Assembly: GCA_018335335.1 (NCBI GenBank)
Contig: JAGXKG010000001.1
Coordinates: 253,600 to 317,599 of the forward strand
Reading direction: 5' to 3'
DNA from: Candidatus Thorarchaeota archaeon
GTDB lineage: Archaea > Asgardarchaeota > Thorarchaeia > Thorarchaeales > Thorarchaeaceae
DNA: 64,000 bases
A program made the translations under genes and the position numbers. The notes beneath the pieces were generated by a model that was not told where the DNA came from, searched no databases, and saw only the letters and a program-made list of their open reading frames with translations. Below are positions 1 through 9,981 of the stretch, piece after piece (positions within the stretch are counted from its first letter, which is position 1; the number at the start of each line of letters is the position of its first letter).

Positions 1-138
1 AGAGACCTTAGAATGTTAGCAAGGGCATGTCAACAGGTTGCAGCAGAGAATCTAAGGAAATCGGGAGATCCAACCGTTACTATCAATATTGCAGAGGCTG
101 TGGCTGAAGCTTATTCTGAGATTCTCAAGGAGGTTAGG
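1..138 (+). CDS. 3' end of an upstream gene (partial, C-terminal ~45 aa ...GDPTVTININIAEAVAEAYSEILKEVR*)
   Basis: Open frame from window edge to TAA at 136-138; next gene's GGAGGT RBS overlaps its end. Confidence 0.3.
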
Positions 139-143
139 TAAAA

Positions 144-422
144 ATGAGTGTTCTTGGAAAATACCGAAAGAAAGAAGAAAAGGAAACAAAGGATGAGGAG
201 GAAGTAGACAGAGAAGAAACAAAGGACAACAGAGAATCTGTTCCCAATAGTGAAAGAAAGAGCCCAATAGTTTCCTTCTCAATTGGGGCGGATTTGAGAT
301 CTTGTCTTCAAGCTGTTAGAGAGGAGAATGCCATAAATTTGAGCATGTGGGTTGATAAACAACTAAGACTAGCGGTATCAGACAGATTTCCAAAAATTGC
401 TGGACAACATCTCAAGTCGTAG
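144..422 (+). CDS. Ribbon-helix-helix (CopG/Arc-like) DNA-binding protein with charged N-terminal tail
   Basis: 92 aa; C-terminal IVSFSIGADLRSCLQAVREENAINLSMWVDKQL fits beta-strand plus two helices of an RHH fold; GGAGGT 6 nt upstream of ATG. Confidence 0.45.
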   Translation: MSVLGKYRKKEEKETKDEEEVDREETKDNRESVPNSERKSPIVSFSIGADLRSCLQAVREENAINLSMWVDKQLRLAVSDRFPKIAGQHLKS

Positions 423-465
423 TGTTGTGATACTTGTAATACGATAATTGCCAGTACCAAAAGTT

Positions 466-1854
466 CTAGCGATTGAGCAACCGGGTATATTCACTCATCT
501 TTGTACAACAAAGTACCGCCATATTTGGGTCGTCGTAGCAAGGGATTCGATTCATCTCTAAGAGATCCTTCCCAGGCTTTCCGATTTCTCCAGCAAGCCA
601 GACCCCAACAACGGGTTTGTCAGTATTGGCTATTCGTATGCCTTCAAGGGTACCGGCCGCGTGTTCTGTCTGCGTCATACCGGCAAAGGTGGGAACACCA
701 CAAATGACTAGAAGAATATCAATGGCAGAATCTTCCAGTAACAACCTAGTTGCTAGTTTGTATTCTCTTCGACCACCGCTTGCAACAACATCCACAGGAT
801 TATCCACACTGGCCATCGGAGATAGCAGCTTCGATAGTTCTTTCCGCGTTGAAGTACTAAGAGGGGGGATGTTAAGTCCAAGGCGGAAGGCTGAATCAGC
901 CGCAAGTACAGCAGCGCCTCCTGTATTACTAATAATACCAATATTACAATTTTTAGGGATGGGTTGATAATCAAAGATTTTTGCAATCTCAAACAGACTG
1001 TCGAAAGTTGGAGCAGTAACACAACCAGACTGACGAATCATACCTTCAAAGACCTGAGGAGAACCTGCTAAAGACCCGGTGTGAGATAGTGTTGCGCGAC
1101 TGCCAGGGTCGCTCATACCACCCTTCAATACAACTACTGGCTTTCTTCTGGATGCTGAACGAAGGGCTTCATAGAATGAGCGTCCCTCCTCTACTCCCTC
1201 AACGTATATCGTTATGACTTTTGTTTGGGAATCTTGTGCCAAGTAGCCGAGAAGATCAGTAAATCCAATATTTGTTGCATTTCCAATACTCACGAATTTG
1301 CTCATTCCAATCCGTTTGGCTTTTGTCGTGTAAATTAGCATACCACCCAAAGCACCACTTTGGGAAATTAGAGCAATGTTCCCTCGTTCAGGCATCATAG
1401 TAAAGGTGCCGTTGAATAGACGCGAATTGGACACACCTACACAGTTGGGACCAATGAAATGCACGTCTGCTTCTCTTGCAGCCTCTTGCAATTCCTGTTC
1501 TAGTTGAGCTCCTCTTTTTCCGGTTTCGCTAAACCCACCGGATATGATAACGGCATTCCTGGCACCGGCCGCTCTTACTTCATGCATTAACTGGGGACAG
1601 TACTTTGCTGCTACAGCAATAATGACCAAATCAACATCTTCTGGAATCTCTTCTAGATTCGGATAAGCGGTAATACCCAAGACCTTCTCTCTACTCCTTG
1701 TGACGGGATACACCTCTACCTCTGAGGCCAAAAGATTCGAAAGAATTGAGTTTCCTAGCTTTCTGTAATCAGCCGAAGCTCCAACAAGAGCAACACTTTG
1801 GGGATTAAAGAAATCATCAATCTCATCGTACGTCAAATTGGGCTCCATCTTCAT
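466..1854 (-). CDS. Acetyl-CoA synthetase (ADP-forming) alpha subunit / CoA-binding NDP-forming acyl-CoA synthetase
   Basis: 462 aa; CoA-binding N-terminus (VALVGAS), phosphohistidine loop SHTGSLAGS, succinyl-CoA-synthetase-like flavodoxin domain; TATA-like TTATAAAA ~25 nt upstream. Confidence 0.85.
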   Translation of the reverse strand: MKMEPNLTYDEIDDFFNPQSVALVGASADYRKLGNSILSNLLASEVEVYPVTRSREKVLGITAYPNLEEIPEDVDLVIIAVAAKYCPQLMHEVRAAGARNAVIISGGFSETGKRGAQLEQELQEAAREADVHFIGPNCVGVSNSRLFNGTFTMMPERGNIALISQSGALGGMLIYTTKAKRIGMSKFVSIGNATNIGFTDLLGYLAQDSQTKVITIYVEGVEEGRSFYEALRSASRRKPVVVLKGGMSDPGSRATLSHTGSLAGSPQVFEGMIRQSGCVTAPTFDSLFEIAKIFDYQPIPKNCNIGIISNTGGAAVLAADSAFRLGLNIPPLSTSTRKELSKLLSPMASVDNPVDVVASGGRREYKLATRLLLEDSAIDILLVICGVPTFAGMTQTEHAAGTLEGIRIANTDKPVVGVWLAGEIGKPGKDLLEMNRIPCYDDPNMAVLCCTKMSEYTRLLNR

Positions 1855-1904
1855 ATCGAAATCTCATTTGTTTGATGTTTTATAACTACCTGACTTTTAG
1901 TAAT

Positions 1905-1916
1905 ACTTGTAATACC
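1905..1916. promoter_or_regulatory. TACTTGTAATAC 12-mer (one of three copies: 431-442, 1905-1916, 10093-10104)
   Basis: Exact 12-mer three times, all in noncoding DNA; this copy sits ~20 nt upstream of the TATA-like box of the acetyl-CoA synthetase gene (minus strand). Confidence 0.35.
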
Positions 1917-2156
1917 ATACAGATTTACGCTAGGAGAATTCCTTCACTAATTGTTACAACTTCCTATGATTCTGACAATCTTCGTTCAGCATTGATTTTA
2001 GTTGAGGGAGAAACCCAGGTCATTTTACGTAGAGATTCCTTATAGATTGAACACAGCGTTCCAAAATTGTAGGAGTATTTATCCTACAAGAAATGGAGGC
2101 TATTACCAAAGCAGATCGTTCGTCATAGAAATTCGATAGTGCAGTTATTAGAGGAG

Positions 2157-2690
2157 TCAAAACGCGTGGGGAATCTTCTGATGGACTATTATGGAATCAT
2201 TTGAGCGGACAATAACATCTGAATTAACTGATTCGATGAACTCTCTGTATCTTCGACTGGTTTCTTCCTTTCTGTAAGCCAAAAGGCCAACGTTAGTGGC
2301 GTTTTTTTTTTCAACGGGTATTGCGAGTTGGTTTCCAAGAGCATTAAGGGTCGCAATATTTTGATCAATAAGCGCCTCATGTAAAGGATGATATTTCTTG
2401 TTACTACGACGTGATAATCCGGATTCTTCGCTCAAATAGTCGGTTTCAATGTCAGGATAGCCTCTACTGATTTGTCGTATTACAGATAATACATCACTGA
2501 AATCTTCGTTGGAAATGAATCTTCCCGTAATCCCCAAATCAACGAGTTGTCGCCTATAGATTTCAGCATACCATAGTGGGATAATATCGAAAGAACCAGA
2601 AACCATCCATGAATCAACCTTGATCAGATTTGTTTGTCGAGGAGATTGTAATCTAATCAGTAATTCTCCATTTGACTCAACAAAACTCAC
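2157..2690 (-). CDS. Hypothetical protein (177 aa)
   Basis: Long ORF with protein-like composition; no recognisable motif; possibly the 3' part of a disrupted longer gene (see 2866-3111). Confidence 0.4.
   Translation of the reverse strand: MSFVESNGELLIRLQSPRQTNLIKVDSWMVSGSFDIIPLWYAEIYRRQLVDLGITGRFISNEDFSDVLSVIRQISRGYPDIETDYLSEESGLSRRSNKKYHPLHEALIDQNIATLNALGNQLAIPVEKKNATNVGLLAYRKEETSRRYREFIESVNSDVIVRSNDSIIVHQKIPHAF
2475..2493. repeat. 19-nt exact repeat TCGTATTACAGATAATACA (copy 1), palindromic GTATTA-CAGA-TAATAC
   Basis: Identical 19-mer also at 4450-4468; arms are exact reverse complements. Confidence 0.4.
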
Positions 2691-2865
2691 AGGACTGAAG
2701 AATAGTGTGTCCCCGTTATTGAATTGTTTCCTTGCTGTTTCTCGAGATATTCTACTGAATGTTCTGAATGCTGATGCATCGATTCACAGGCCCTCACCTG
2801 ATTGACCATTTTCTTCGTTGGAATATCAACTGGCTCAAGTCCAGACTAGTAGAATACAGAGAAGG

Positions 2866-3111
2866 TCACTTCTCTCTGTTTGAGGAGTTCCATTTCCATT
2901 TCTGGGTTCTCAATTCCGATACGACAAAGGTATGTCCAATTCTCTGCTTCCAAAAGAAAATCACAAGCAGTCGATCAACCCAATTTAATTTCGATTCCAG
3001 CGAGGAAATCCATTGCATCTCGTTCTCTTCGATCTGCATTGCTCGAACCAAGAAATCCTTCATCTTTCTGGAATGACCAGCTTCGATTTCCCTTTGAAGC
3101 ATTTCACGCAA
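2866..3111 (-). CDS. Hypothetical 81-aa ORF, possibly N-terminal fragment of a frameshifted gene continuing in 2157-2690
   Basis: Coiled, protein-like sequence; same strand and 175 nt upstream of the 177-aa ORF in a different frame; competing + strand ORFs overlap. Confidence 0.2.
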   Translation of the reverse strand: MREMLQREIEAGHSRKMKDFLVRAMQIEENEMQWISSLESKLNWVDRLLVIFFWKQRIGHTFVVSELRTQKWKWNSSNREK

Positions 3112-3691
3112 TTCGTGAAATCTATCTTCAGGATTCAGCCTCTTCCATATTTGATCTGATACCGTCTACAATAGAATGTTACTTCGATAAAGGAGGAAAC
3201 TGCCAGTCAAGAATCGTATTACAAATATTACGATAAGAATAATTAAGGAATGATTTGTCCTTTGTGTTTGTTGACAGAAATAAGCGGTTTTCAAAATAGT
3301 CGAAAACACCTCGTTCTAAGATTAGAACTATTTACCCTCTTTGTATACTATACCTTGAGTGTGTCAGATTGATGCGTGGTAACCTAACCGGATGCAGGTT
3401 AATCCCCCTTGACTCAACGCATACGATGTTGGCATTTCTATCTCCTCAACAAATCACATACCTCTAAGAAGTTCCAATAGCGAGATCGATGAGTCGGCGG
3501 ACAGAGTTCCGGCAATCCGGTGCCATCATTGATTTGACACACTCGAGCATTTTTTGTAAGTCAGTCGACTTCTGTAATCCAGCTAGTTAACATATGTTGT
3601 ATTCCCATGAGATTGGAGACATGAAAGAAAGTTGGTTTTCATCACCATGTTTCAACTGTAATACATCTAATACGTCAAGTAATTGGCATTA

Positions 3692-4225
3692 TTATGATGA
3701 GTTGGATTGTTTTCTAGAGAGAGTTGTTTTCATAGGCAAGGAGCTTGCCAGCTGATCTATAGCATTTTGGAGTGTCTTCTCAGTAGCTGTATAGCTTTCT
3801 AGCTCTTCATCTGAAATACTTCGTTTCCCTGCTAGCGTTTGCCTAATTCTCCGATAGTTACCGATTCTGGTTGCTACTTCCTCGAAAGGTCTGAAAATCG
3901 TATAATCAAAAAGACCGAGATAAGCTAGAAGAAGCATAGTGTATAGACACTCAGTAACGTTTCGTCGTGCTTGCTTCAATGTTCTATTGAAGGCCCCCCG
4001 TGTTACACCCATTCCTTTACTTCCTGAATTGGATCTCAAATTAGCCTTTTCATCGTAGGTAATGTGGTCACCGTACTTGTCTTCTACGACAATGTCGATG
4101 AGTAGTGTCTCCAGTTGTGTTTCTGTGAGACCAGATTTTGGCAACAATGATTTAAGGATGGGCTCCTTCAGCACCTGTCTTGCATTGCTAGCTAGGTTTC
4201 TCAATTCTCTTTTTTCTTTACTCAA
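3692..4225 (-). CDS. Hypothetical protein (177 aa)
   Basis: ORF only; basic termini, no identifiable domain. Confidence 0.4.
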   Translation of the reverse strand: MSKEKRELRNLASNARQVLKEPILKSLLPKSGLTETQLETLLIDIVVEDKYGDHITYDEKANLRSNSGSKGMGVTRGAFNRTLKQARRNVTECLYTMLLLAYLGLFDYTIFRPFEEVATRIGNYRRIRQTLAGKRSISDEELESYTATEKTLQNAIDQLASSLPMKTTLSRKQSNSS

Positions 4226-4449
4226 CTCAATTCAACCTCAATAGACCAGCTGGCATTCCTTCAAAGGTAGTCTTTTTATCACCGCTCATAAAGCCCCATT
4301 TCATATTTACGGCCTTATGAGAGATGATTGGTCGGGGAAATATCTGTGTGTTTCTACGGATACAGTTCCGTATACGGGATTCTTCCCGGTCTACTTAAGC
4401 TAATCGCTAAGAGAACGAAAACTATAGAATTCGAAATTGATAAAATGAT

Positions 4450-4468
4450 TCGTATTACAGATAATACA
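4450..4468. repeat. 19-nt exact repeat TCGTATTACAGATAATACA (copy 2)
   Basis: Identical to 2475-2493; intergenic. Confidence 0.4.
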
Positions 4469-4479
4469 ACCAACTGGAA

Positions 4480-4893
4480 TTAGAAGGCCCATTGTCTATC
4501 AGGGGGAATTGATACGAATCGAAGAATCACATTCCCCCGAACCTTATCAAAACGGTGAACACCAAAATAATACCCTTTCTCACCTTCTGTCCATTCCAGC
4601 TTTCGTCTTTTTGAATAATAATTGAACAGAGTTCTACATCTCTCACGTATAACTGAGAAGAGGTTCTTATACTGCCTGCGTTGAGATGGTCGTATGTCCC
4701 ACTGATCAAGAATGAACCGATTTGCAAGACTGTTGCTTGATATGAGAAGCGAATTCTTGCATTTCTTCGATTCATCTATTTTCTCCATAAGTGCTGTACG
4801 TAGGCATTGTGGTATAGATGCAAGAATTGATGGCGTTATCTTGGGTTTTCCTCTAGCAGTATGCATGTTGCTCTTTGTTCCACGACCAGTCAA
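4480..4893 (-). CDS. Hypothetical basic protein (137 aa)
   Basis: ORF only, Lys/Arg-rich; lies in an ~830-bp gene-poor stretch. Confidence 0.25.
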   Translation of the reverse strand: MTGRGTKSNMHTARGKPKITPSILASIPQCLRTALMEKIDESKKCKNSLLISSNSLANRFILDQWDIRPSQRRQYKNLFSVIRERCRTLFNYYSKRRKLEWTEGEKGYYFGVHRFDKVRGNVILRFVSIPPDRQWAF

Positions 4894-5061
4894 TGCGAAT
4901 CAGTAATGATATACGCATTGAGCCTTAAGAACATGTAAAACCAAAATTGTGGATATTCCACCACAAAATCATCAGAGACGAGATATTGTCTCGAATTCTA
5001 CTGCCACTCCATTGAATTAATATCATGAAAACTGATAAATTCAGCAGAGGTCCATTCAAGA

Positions 5062-7428
5062 TTGACAATAAGGGCTGAAATCCATGTTACTGGAATTGTA
5101 CAAGGAGTAGGATTTAGGCCATTCATTTACCGCGTAGCTAAGAGAGAATCTCTCAAAGGATATGTTTTGAATCTTGGAGATGCAGGAGTAAGGATAATAG
5201 CTGAAGGTAACCGCCAAAGCATTCTGAATCTAATTGATCACTTAAAGCATAATCCACCATCGATATCCCGGATCGAATCCCTTGAAATTGAATGGAAAGA
5301 AGCCGATGATGAATTCAGCGATTTCAAAATTGTGAAATCATCGGAAAGAAGAAGTGAAGATGCAGCTCCCGAAATTCCACCGGATATAGCTGTCTGTGAT
5401 AAGTGTATAAAAGAAATGCTAGATCCCTCGTCTCGTTGGTACCTTTATCCGTTTACAGCTTGTGCCGCTTGTGGACCCAGGTTCTCTACAATAACAGACC
5501 TGCCATACGATAGGCCAAATACGACTATGGATGAATTTTCGCTTTGTAATAAATGTAATACGGGATATACCAATCCACTGAATCGGCGATACCATGCACA
5601 AACCACAGCTTGCCCTAAATGTGGCCCCACATACAAACTGACAACTAATGAAAAAGAGATCGCACGTGGACATGAAGCGGTCTCTGAAACTGCGCACCTA
5701 CTAGCAAAGGGATCTATTGTTGCAATACAAGGAATTACGGGAACACATCTCGCTACAAAAACTACGGAATTAGAACCAATTAGGAAACTAAGAAGTAGAA
5801 AACAGAGGCCAAACCAACCTTTTGCAATTATGACAGAGAGCATAGAGAGAATGAAGCAATTCCTAGTCTTTTCAGAATATGAAGAGGAATTACTCATGTC
5901 GTGGAGACGGCCTATTGTATTGATTGAGAAGAAAGAAATGCCAATAAAGAATAATCACGGAGCAGTCAGCGGAATGCCGACCAAGTCTTTTGAGGAAATA
6001 GCTCCCGGATTGGACACAGTGGGGGTTATGTTGCCCTATGCTCCGCTACACCATCTACTCTTTCATTTCAGTCAAGAACCAGCATTCGTCATGACAAGTG
6101 CCAATCCAAGTGGGGTGCCAATGTACAAAGATCCAGAGACTATTCTATCACAGCTTACCAATATAGCTGATTACTTTCTAGTTCACGACCGGGAAATCCG
6201 TCAAAGAGCTGATGATTCTGTTTTGAAGGTCGTTCACAAGAAGAATGCGGTTTTCATAAGACGCTCACGGAGTTTTGTTCCAAATCCAATTACCTTGAAA
6301 CAACCAATCAAAGAAACAAAGATAGTTGGAGTCGGACCAGAAGAAAAGGCGACAGCATCCATTTTGAAATCAGGCAGTATCTATATGACCCAACATATAG
6401 GCGACACAAATCGGCTTGAAAGCTTGGAATTTCTCGACGAAGCCATTCAACACATGATGCACCTTCTCGGAATTGAAAACCTAGATGCTATCGCATGTGA
6501 CTTACATCCTCAATTCCTAAGCACTGAATATGCCGAAGAACAAGCTAGATTAAATGACATAGCTTTACACCGGGTACAACATCATCATGCCCATCTAGCC
6601 GCCATACTTGTTGATCACGAATTAGAACTTGATACCCGTATTGTGTGTATTACAGCCGATGGATATGGATACGGACCTGATGGAAGTGGATGGGGCGGGG
6701 AAATCCTGTTAGGCAACGCTTTAGACTGCACACGAGAATCCGGCTTAATGAAGCAAGTATATCCAGGAGGCGATCTTTCAGCCAAGTTCAGCACGAGAGC
6801 GCTCTTGAGTATACTTCATGATTCTATCCCGAGTGATGAAATCATTAAGTTAGTAGGAAATGCACGAATAAGCAAAAATGCTATAGCAACCGAAGATTCT
6901 ATCTCGATGCTTATCGATATGATAGAGAATGACATAAACACGTTGGCAAGTAGCAGTACAGGACGCGTGCTAGATGCAATTGCATCGGCGCTTGGAGTCT
7001 GTTCTGAGAACACTTACGATGGCGAGTGTCCAATGAAACTTGAAGCTCATGCAAAGGAGACGGATCTGCGAATTGAACCAGTGTACCTAAAGACAAGAGG
7101 AGGAAGAGAACTGGATACTACTGAATTCTTGAAATCAGTAGTTGAACTGAAGAAGAAAGGAATTAATTCGCGAGAAATCGCGTATGCTGCTCAATGGTCG
7201 CTCGGTGAAGCGCTTGCTGAATTAGCCGTAAGAACAGCAGACAATGAAAACATACAACGTATTGGATTCTCAGGAGGGGTTGCTCTAAACCGTATTCTTA
7301 CAAAAGCGATAGTATCACAAATAGAGTCTGTAGGGAAAACACCACTGATACATAACAAGGTTCCTCCAGGAGACGCAGGGATTTCGCTTGGGCAAGTTGC
7401 TGTTGCCGCCCTTCACGAAACAGAGTAG
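5062..7428 (+). CDS. hypF: [NiFe]-hydrogenase maturation carbamoyltransferase HypF
   Basis: 788 aa; N-terminal acylphosphatase domain (VQGVGFRPF), two CxxC-x18-CxxC zinc fingers, YrdC-like and Kae1/YgjD-like C-terminal domains; TTG start. Confidence 0.9.
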   Translation: MTIRAEIHVTGIVQGVGFRPFIYRVAKRESLKGYVLNLGDAGVRIIAEGNRQSILNLIDHLKHNPPSISRIESLEIEWKEADDEFSDFKIVKSSERRSEDAAPEIPPDIAVCDKCIKEMLDPSSRWYLYPFTACAACGPRFSTITDLPYDRPNTTMDEFSLCNKCNTGYTNPLNRRYHAQTTACPKCGPTYKLTTNEKEIARGHEAVSETAHLLAKGSIVAIQGITGTHLATKTTELEPIRKLRSRKQRPNQPFAIMTESIERMKQFLVFSEYEEELLMSWRRPIVLIEKKEMPIKNNHGAVSGMPTKSFEEIAPGLDTVGVMLPYAPLHHLLFHFSQEPAFVMTSANPSGVPMYKDPETILSQLTNIADYFLVHDREIRQRADDSVLKVVHKKNAVFIRRSRSFVPNPITLKQPIKETKIVGVGPEEKATASILKSGSIYMTQHIGDTNRLESLEFLDEAIQHMMHLLGIENLDAIACDLHPQFLSTEYAEEQARLNDIALHRVQHHHAHLAAILVDHELELDTRIVCITADGYGYGPDGSGWGGEILLGNALDCTRESGLMKQVYPGGDLSAKFSTRALLSILHDSIPSDEIIKLVGNARISKNAIATEDSISMLIDMIENDINTLASSSTGRVLDAIASALGVCSENTYDGECPMKLEAHAKETDLRIEPVYLKTRGGRELDTTEFLKSVVELKKKGINSREIAYAAQWSLGEALAELAVRTADNENIQRIGFSGGVALNRILTKAIVSQIESVGKTPLIHNKVPPGDAGISLGQVAVAALHETE

Positions 7429-7474
7429 ATATGCAGATGTGAAAGACGGGTCAATCCTTTGGAGCTAGAATCAG

Positions 7475-8089
7475 TTAGTTATTGCTCTCAGCTTTAGAGA
7501 ATCCTAATTCAATCGCCTTTACATTGATTTCTTCGAATTTGCCAGGGAATTTCTTGCGTACAACGTCAATTGCAGTCTCTTTCGTAATTGGGAGCAAATC
7601 AGTAGCTACTATAGCACCTAAAAGCACCATATTCATTGCCCGAGAACTTCCTGCTTCTTTTGCAAGATCCATCGCATTGATTTCAGTAATATTGGAAGTG
7701 AGCTTCTCTATATTCGAAGTTATTTCGTCAAGGGCAGGATACTCGGCCTTTCCCATTGATACCGAAACTGGATATTGAATGTGTGAACTCATCAACACAT
7801 GGCCGTTTTCTTTCATTCTAGTTATTTCTCGAAGAGTCTCTACTGGCTCAAAGCCAACTAAAATATCGGCAAGGCCTTCATCAACGATAGGACCTTTCGC
7901 CATTGGCCCAATCCTAACAGTACAAATTACATGTCCACCCCGCTGAGCCATTCCATGTATTTCTCCAACTCGTACATTATATGACTCCTTTAGGGCAGCT
8001 TTGGCCAACAGTTCTGCTAAGGTGAGAACGCCTTGTCCTCCGACTCCTGAAATCACTATATTTATTGTATTACGAGTATTACTAGACAT
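7475..8089 (-). CDS. iorB: Indolepyruvate:ferredoxin oxidoreductase beta subunit
   Basis: NIVISGVGGQGV...GMAQRGG 2-oxoacid:Fd oxidoreductase gamma-type fold; start trimmed to MSSNTRN ATG at 8089, 2 nt after the iorA stop. Confidence 0.85.
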   Translation of the reverse strand: MSSNTRNTINIVISGVGGQGVLTLAELLAKAALKESYNVRVGEIHGMAQRGGHVICTVRIGPMAKGPIVDEGLADILVGFEPVETLREITRMKENGHVLMSSHIQYPVSVSMGKAEYPALDEITSNIEKLTSNITEINAMDLAKEAGSSRAMNMVLLGAIVATDLLPITKETAIDVVRKKFPGKFEEINVKAIELGFSKAESNN

Positions 8090-8091
8090 CT

Positions 8092-9981
8092 TTATTCCTC
8101 CTGTATAATGGCTCCTACAGGACACACATCCACACAAGTGCCACAGAAGTTACAGAGATCTTCGTCAATGGCCGCCTTGCCTGTTTCGGTATCTAAATAC
8201 ATGGCAGGACAAGATAAACGATTGAGACATCTTTTACACCCTGTACAAAGCTCCTCATCAACATAATAGGGCGAAGGGTGTTCATTGTTTTTTCTTCGTT
8301 CTGCAGCTGTAAGAAGCGCACAGGGAGCCTTTGAAATCATCACAGCAGGTGCTTGATTTTCACGTATCCAATCTAACATCTTTCGGATATCTGCTACAAG
8401 ATCGGCTAATGGACCAAAAGGATCAACCGTTTGCACATATTGAACACCCAGACCCTCACAAACCTTTTCTATATCTAGAGAGGGAACTTGTTCGCCCATA
8501 CCAGTTAAGCCCGTACCGGGATGGGGTTGATGCCCTGTCATAGCGGTCGTTCTATTATCTAGCACAACAAGAGCTATTGGGTGTTGATTATAGACAGCAT
8601 TTGCAATACCCGGCAGTCCAGAAGCAAAGAAGGTACTGTCACCAATGGAAGCAACAACATCCTGATCGGTTACGCGAGCAATTCCACAAGCGGTAGTAAT
8701 TGAAGAACCCATATCAAAAAGGATGTCAGCTGTCTCCAAGGGAGGAGAAATACTCAACGTGTAACAGCCAATGTCTGAAGGGTAGATCGCTTTTCCTCGA
8801 GTGGCAGTTCGAATTGCGTAGTAAGTTGCTCGATGAGGACAACCGGGGCACAAAAGAGGAGGGCGAGGAGGGAGTTCCGGTAACCCCTCTTTCATATCTT
8901 CAATTTCTCGCCAGTCAACAGGTGGCTCTCGATTCATAATTCTTGAGAGGACATTCATTACAATCTTGGGACTATATTCGTATACCTCAGGGAAGTAACC
9001 CTGTTCCTTTCCAAGGATGGTTACATCAATCTCCTCCAATTGAGCTATTCTTCGGGCATGGGTTTCCAGAAAAGGTTGAAGCTCCTCAACGATAATTATT
9101 CGTTCATGTCGACTGAGAAGCTGCTTAATCTTTTCGTCTGGAACAGGATGTGACATTCCAATCTTTAGTATTTCAGCATCGAGCTCCATTGTTGATAGTG
9201 CTTCGAGAACATAGTTATACGAGACTCCACTAGTAAGGATACCGAGATCTCCTGAACCTTCAAAGAAATTCAGTTCAGAGGAGTTGGAAATTTCTCGGGC
9301 TTTTTCTATTTGTTCAAGAAGCCATGGATGTCGTTTCCTTGCCACAGCCGGAACCGGAACAAAACGGAAGGGATCCTTTTCGAATGAAACCGTTTCAGGA
9401 CGTTCCATAATCTTGTCGTAGATGATTGGAGCGCGTGTATGATTGACACGAGTTGTCGTACGAAGAAGAAAAGGTAATTCAAGACGTTCAGAGTATTCAT
9501 ACGCCTTATGAAGCATCTCTTTTGCTTCAATAGGATCAGCGGGTTCAAGCATTGGCACATTTCCCATTAAAGCGTAGTATCGGGAATCATTCTCATTCTG
9601 GGAACTCCACATACTTGGATCATCAGCTACAACAATAACCATACCAGCCCTGACACCCACATATGCCAAGGAGAAAAATGGGTCAGCCGCAACATTGAGT
9701 CCTGGTCCTTTACAAACCATCATGGATCGAGATCCAGAAATAGCCGCAGCACCTGCAACTTCCATAGCTACCTTCTCATTTGAACTAAACTCAAAATAGA
9801 AGTCTTCAAGGTGTGGTGCCATTCTAGCAAGGTTGTTGCCAATTTCACTACTTGGGGTTCCAGGATACAATGCTACAAGACGAACACCAGATTCGAGTAC
9901 GCCTCTTGCAATGGCTTCGTTAGCCAATAATAGAACTTCCTTACCAGATGCATCTTCTAAGAGAGTATCGACTTTTGTCAA
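8092..9981 (-). CDS. iorA: Indolepyruvate:ferredoxin oxidoreductase alpha subunit
   Basis: 629 aa; TPP-binding domain; CPGCPH motif; C-terminal 2x[4Fe-4S] motifs (CTGCKRC...CP, CNFCGTCVDVCP). Confidence 0.9.
   Translation of the reverse strand: MTKVDTLLEDASGKEVLLLANEAIARGVLESGVRLVALYPGTPSSEIGNNLARMAPHLEDFYFEFSSNEKVAMEVAGAAAISGSRSMMVCKGPGLNVAADPFFSLAYVGVRAGMVIVVADDPSMWSSQNENDSRYYALMGNVPMLEPADPIEAKEMLHKAYEYSERLELPFLLRTTTRVNHTRAPIIYDKIMERPETVSFEKDPFRFVPVPAVARKRHPWLLEQIEKAREISNSSELNFFEGSGDLGILTSGVSYNYVLEALSTMELDAEILKIGMSHPVPDEKIKQLLSRHERIIIVEELQPFLETHARRIAQLEEIDVTILGKEQGYFPEVYEYSPKIVMNVLSRIMNREPPVDWREIEDMKEGLPELPPRPPLLCPGCPHRATYYAIRTATRGKAIYPSDIGCYTLSISPPLETADILFDMGSSITTACGIARVTDQDVVASIGDSTFFASGLPGIANAVYNQHPIALVVLDNRTTAMTGHQPHPGTGLTGMGEQVPSLDIEKVCEGLGVQYVQTVDPFGPLADLVADIRKMLDWIRENQAPAVMISKAPCALLTAAERRKNNEHPSPYYVDEELCTGCKRCLNRLSCPAMYLDTETGKAAIDEDLCNFCGTCVDVCPVGAIIQEE

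Noticed and set aside
501-1022. Several 68-116-aa ORFs on both strands inside the acetyl-CoA synthetase gene
   Set aside because: Antisense/alternate-frame ORFs within a well-supported gene
2620-3236. + strand ORFs 2620-2805, 2768-3076, 2880-3236
   Set aside because: Mutually overlapping, low-complexity; region more likely a disrupted minus-strand gene or noncoding
3690-3760. Possible C/D-box sRNA (ATGATGA ... CTGA)
   Set aside because: Boxes spaced too far apart, no C'/D' pair, and lies inside the C-terminus of a CDS
5419-5897. 92- and 150-aa minus-strand ORFs inside hypF
   Set aside because: Antisense to a confidently identified gene
8067-8082. GTATTAC-GA-GTATTAC direct repeat at iorA/iorB junction
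   Set aside because: Falls in iorB codons (SNTRNT); likely coincidental codon repetition rather than an operator
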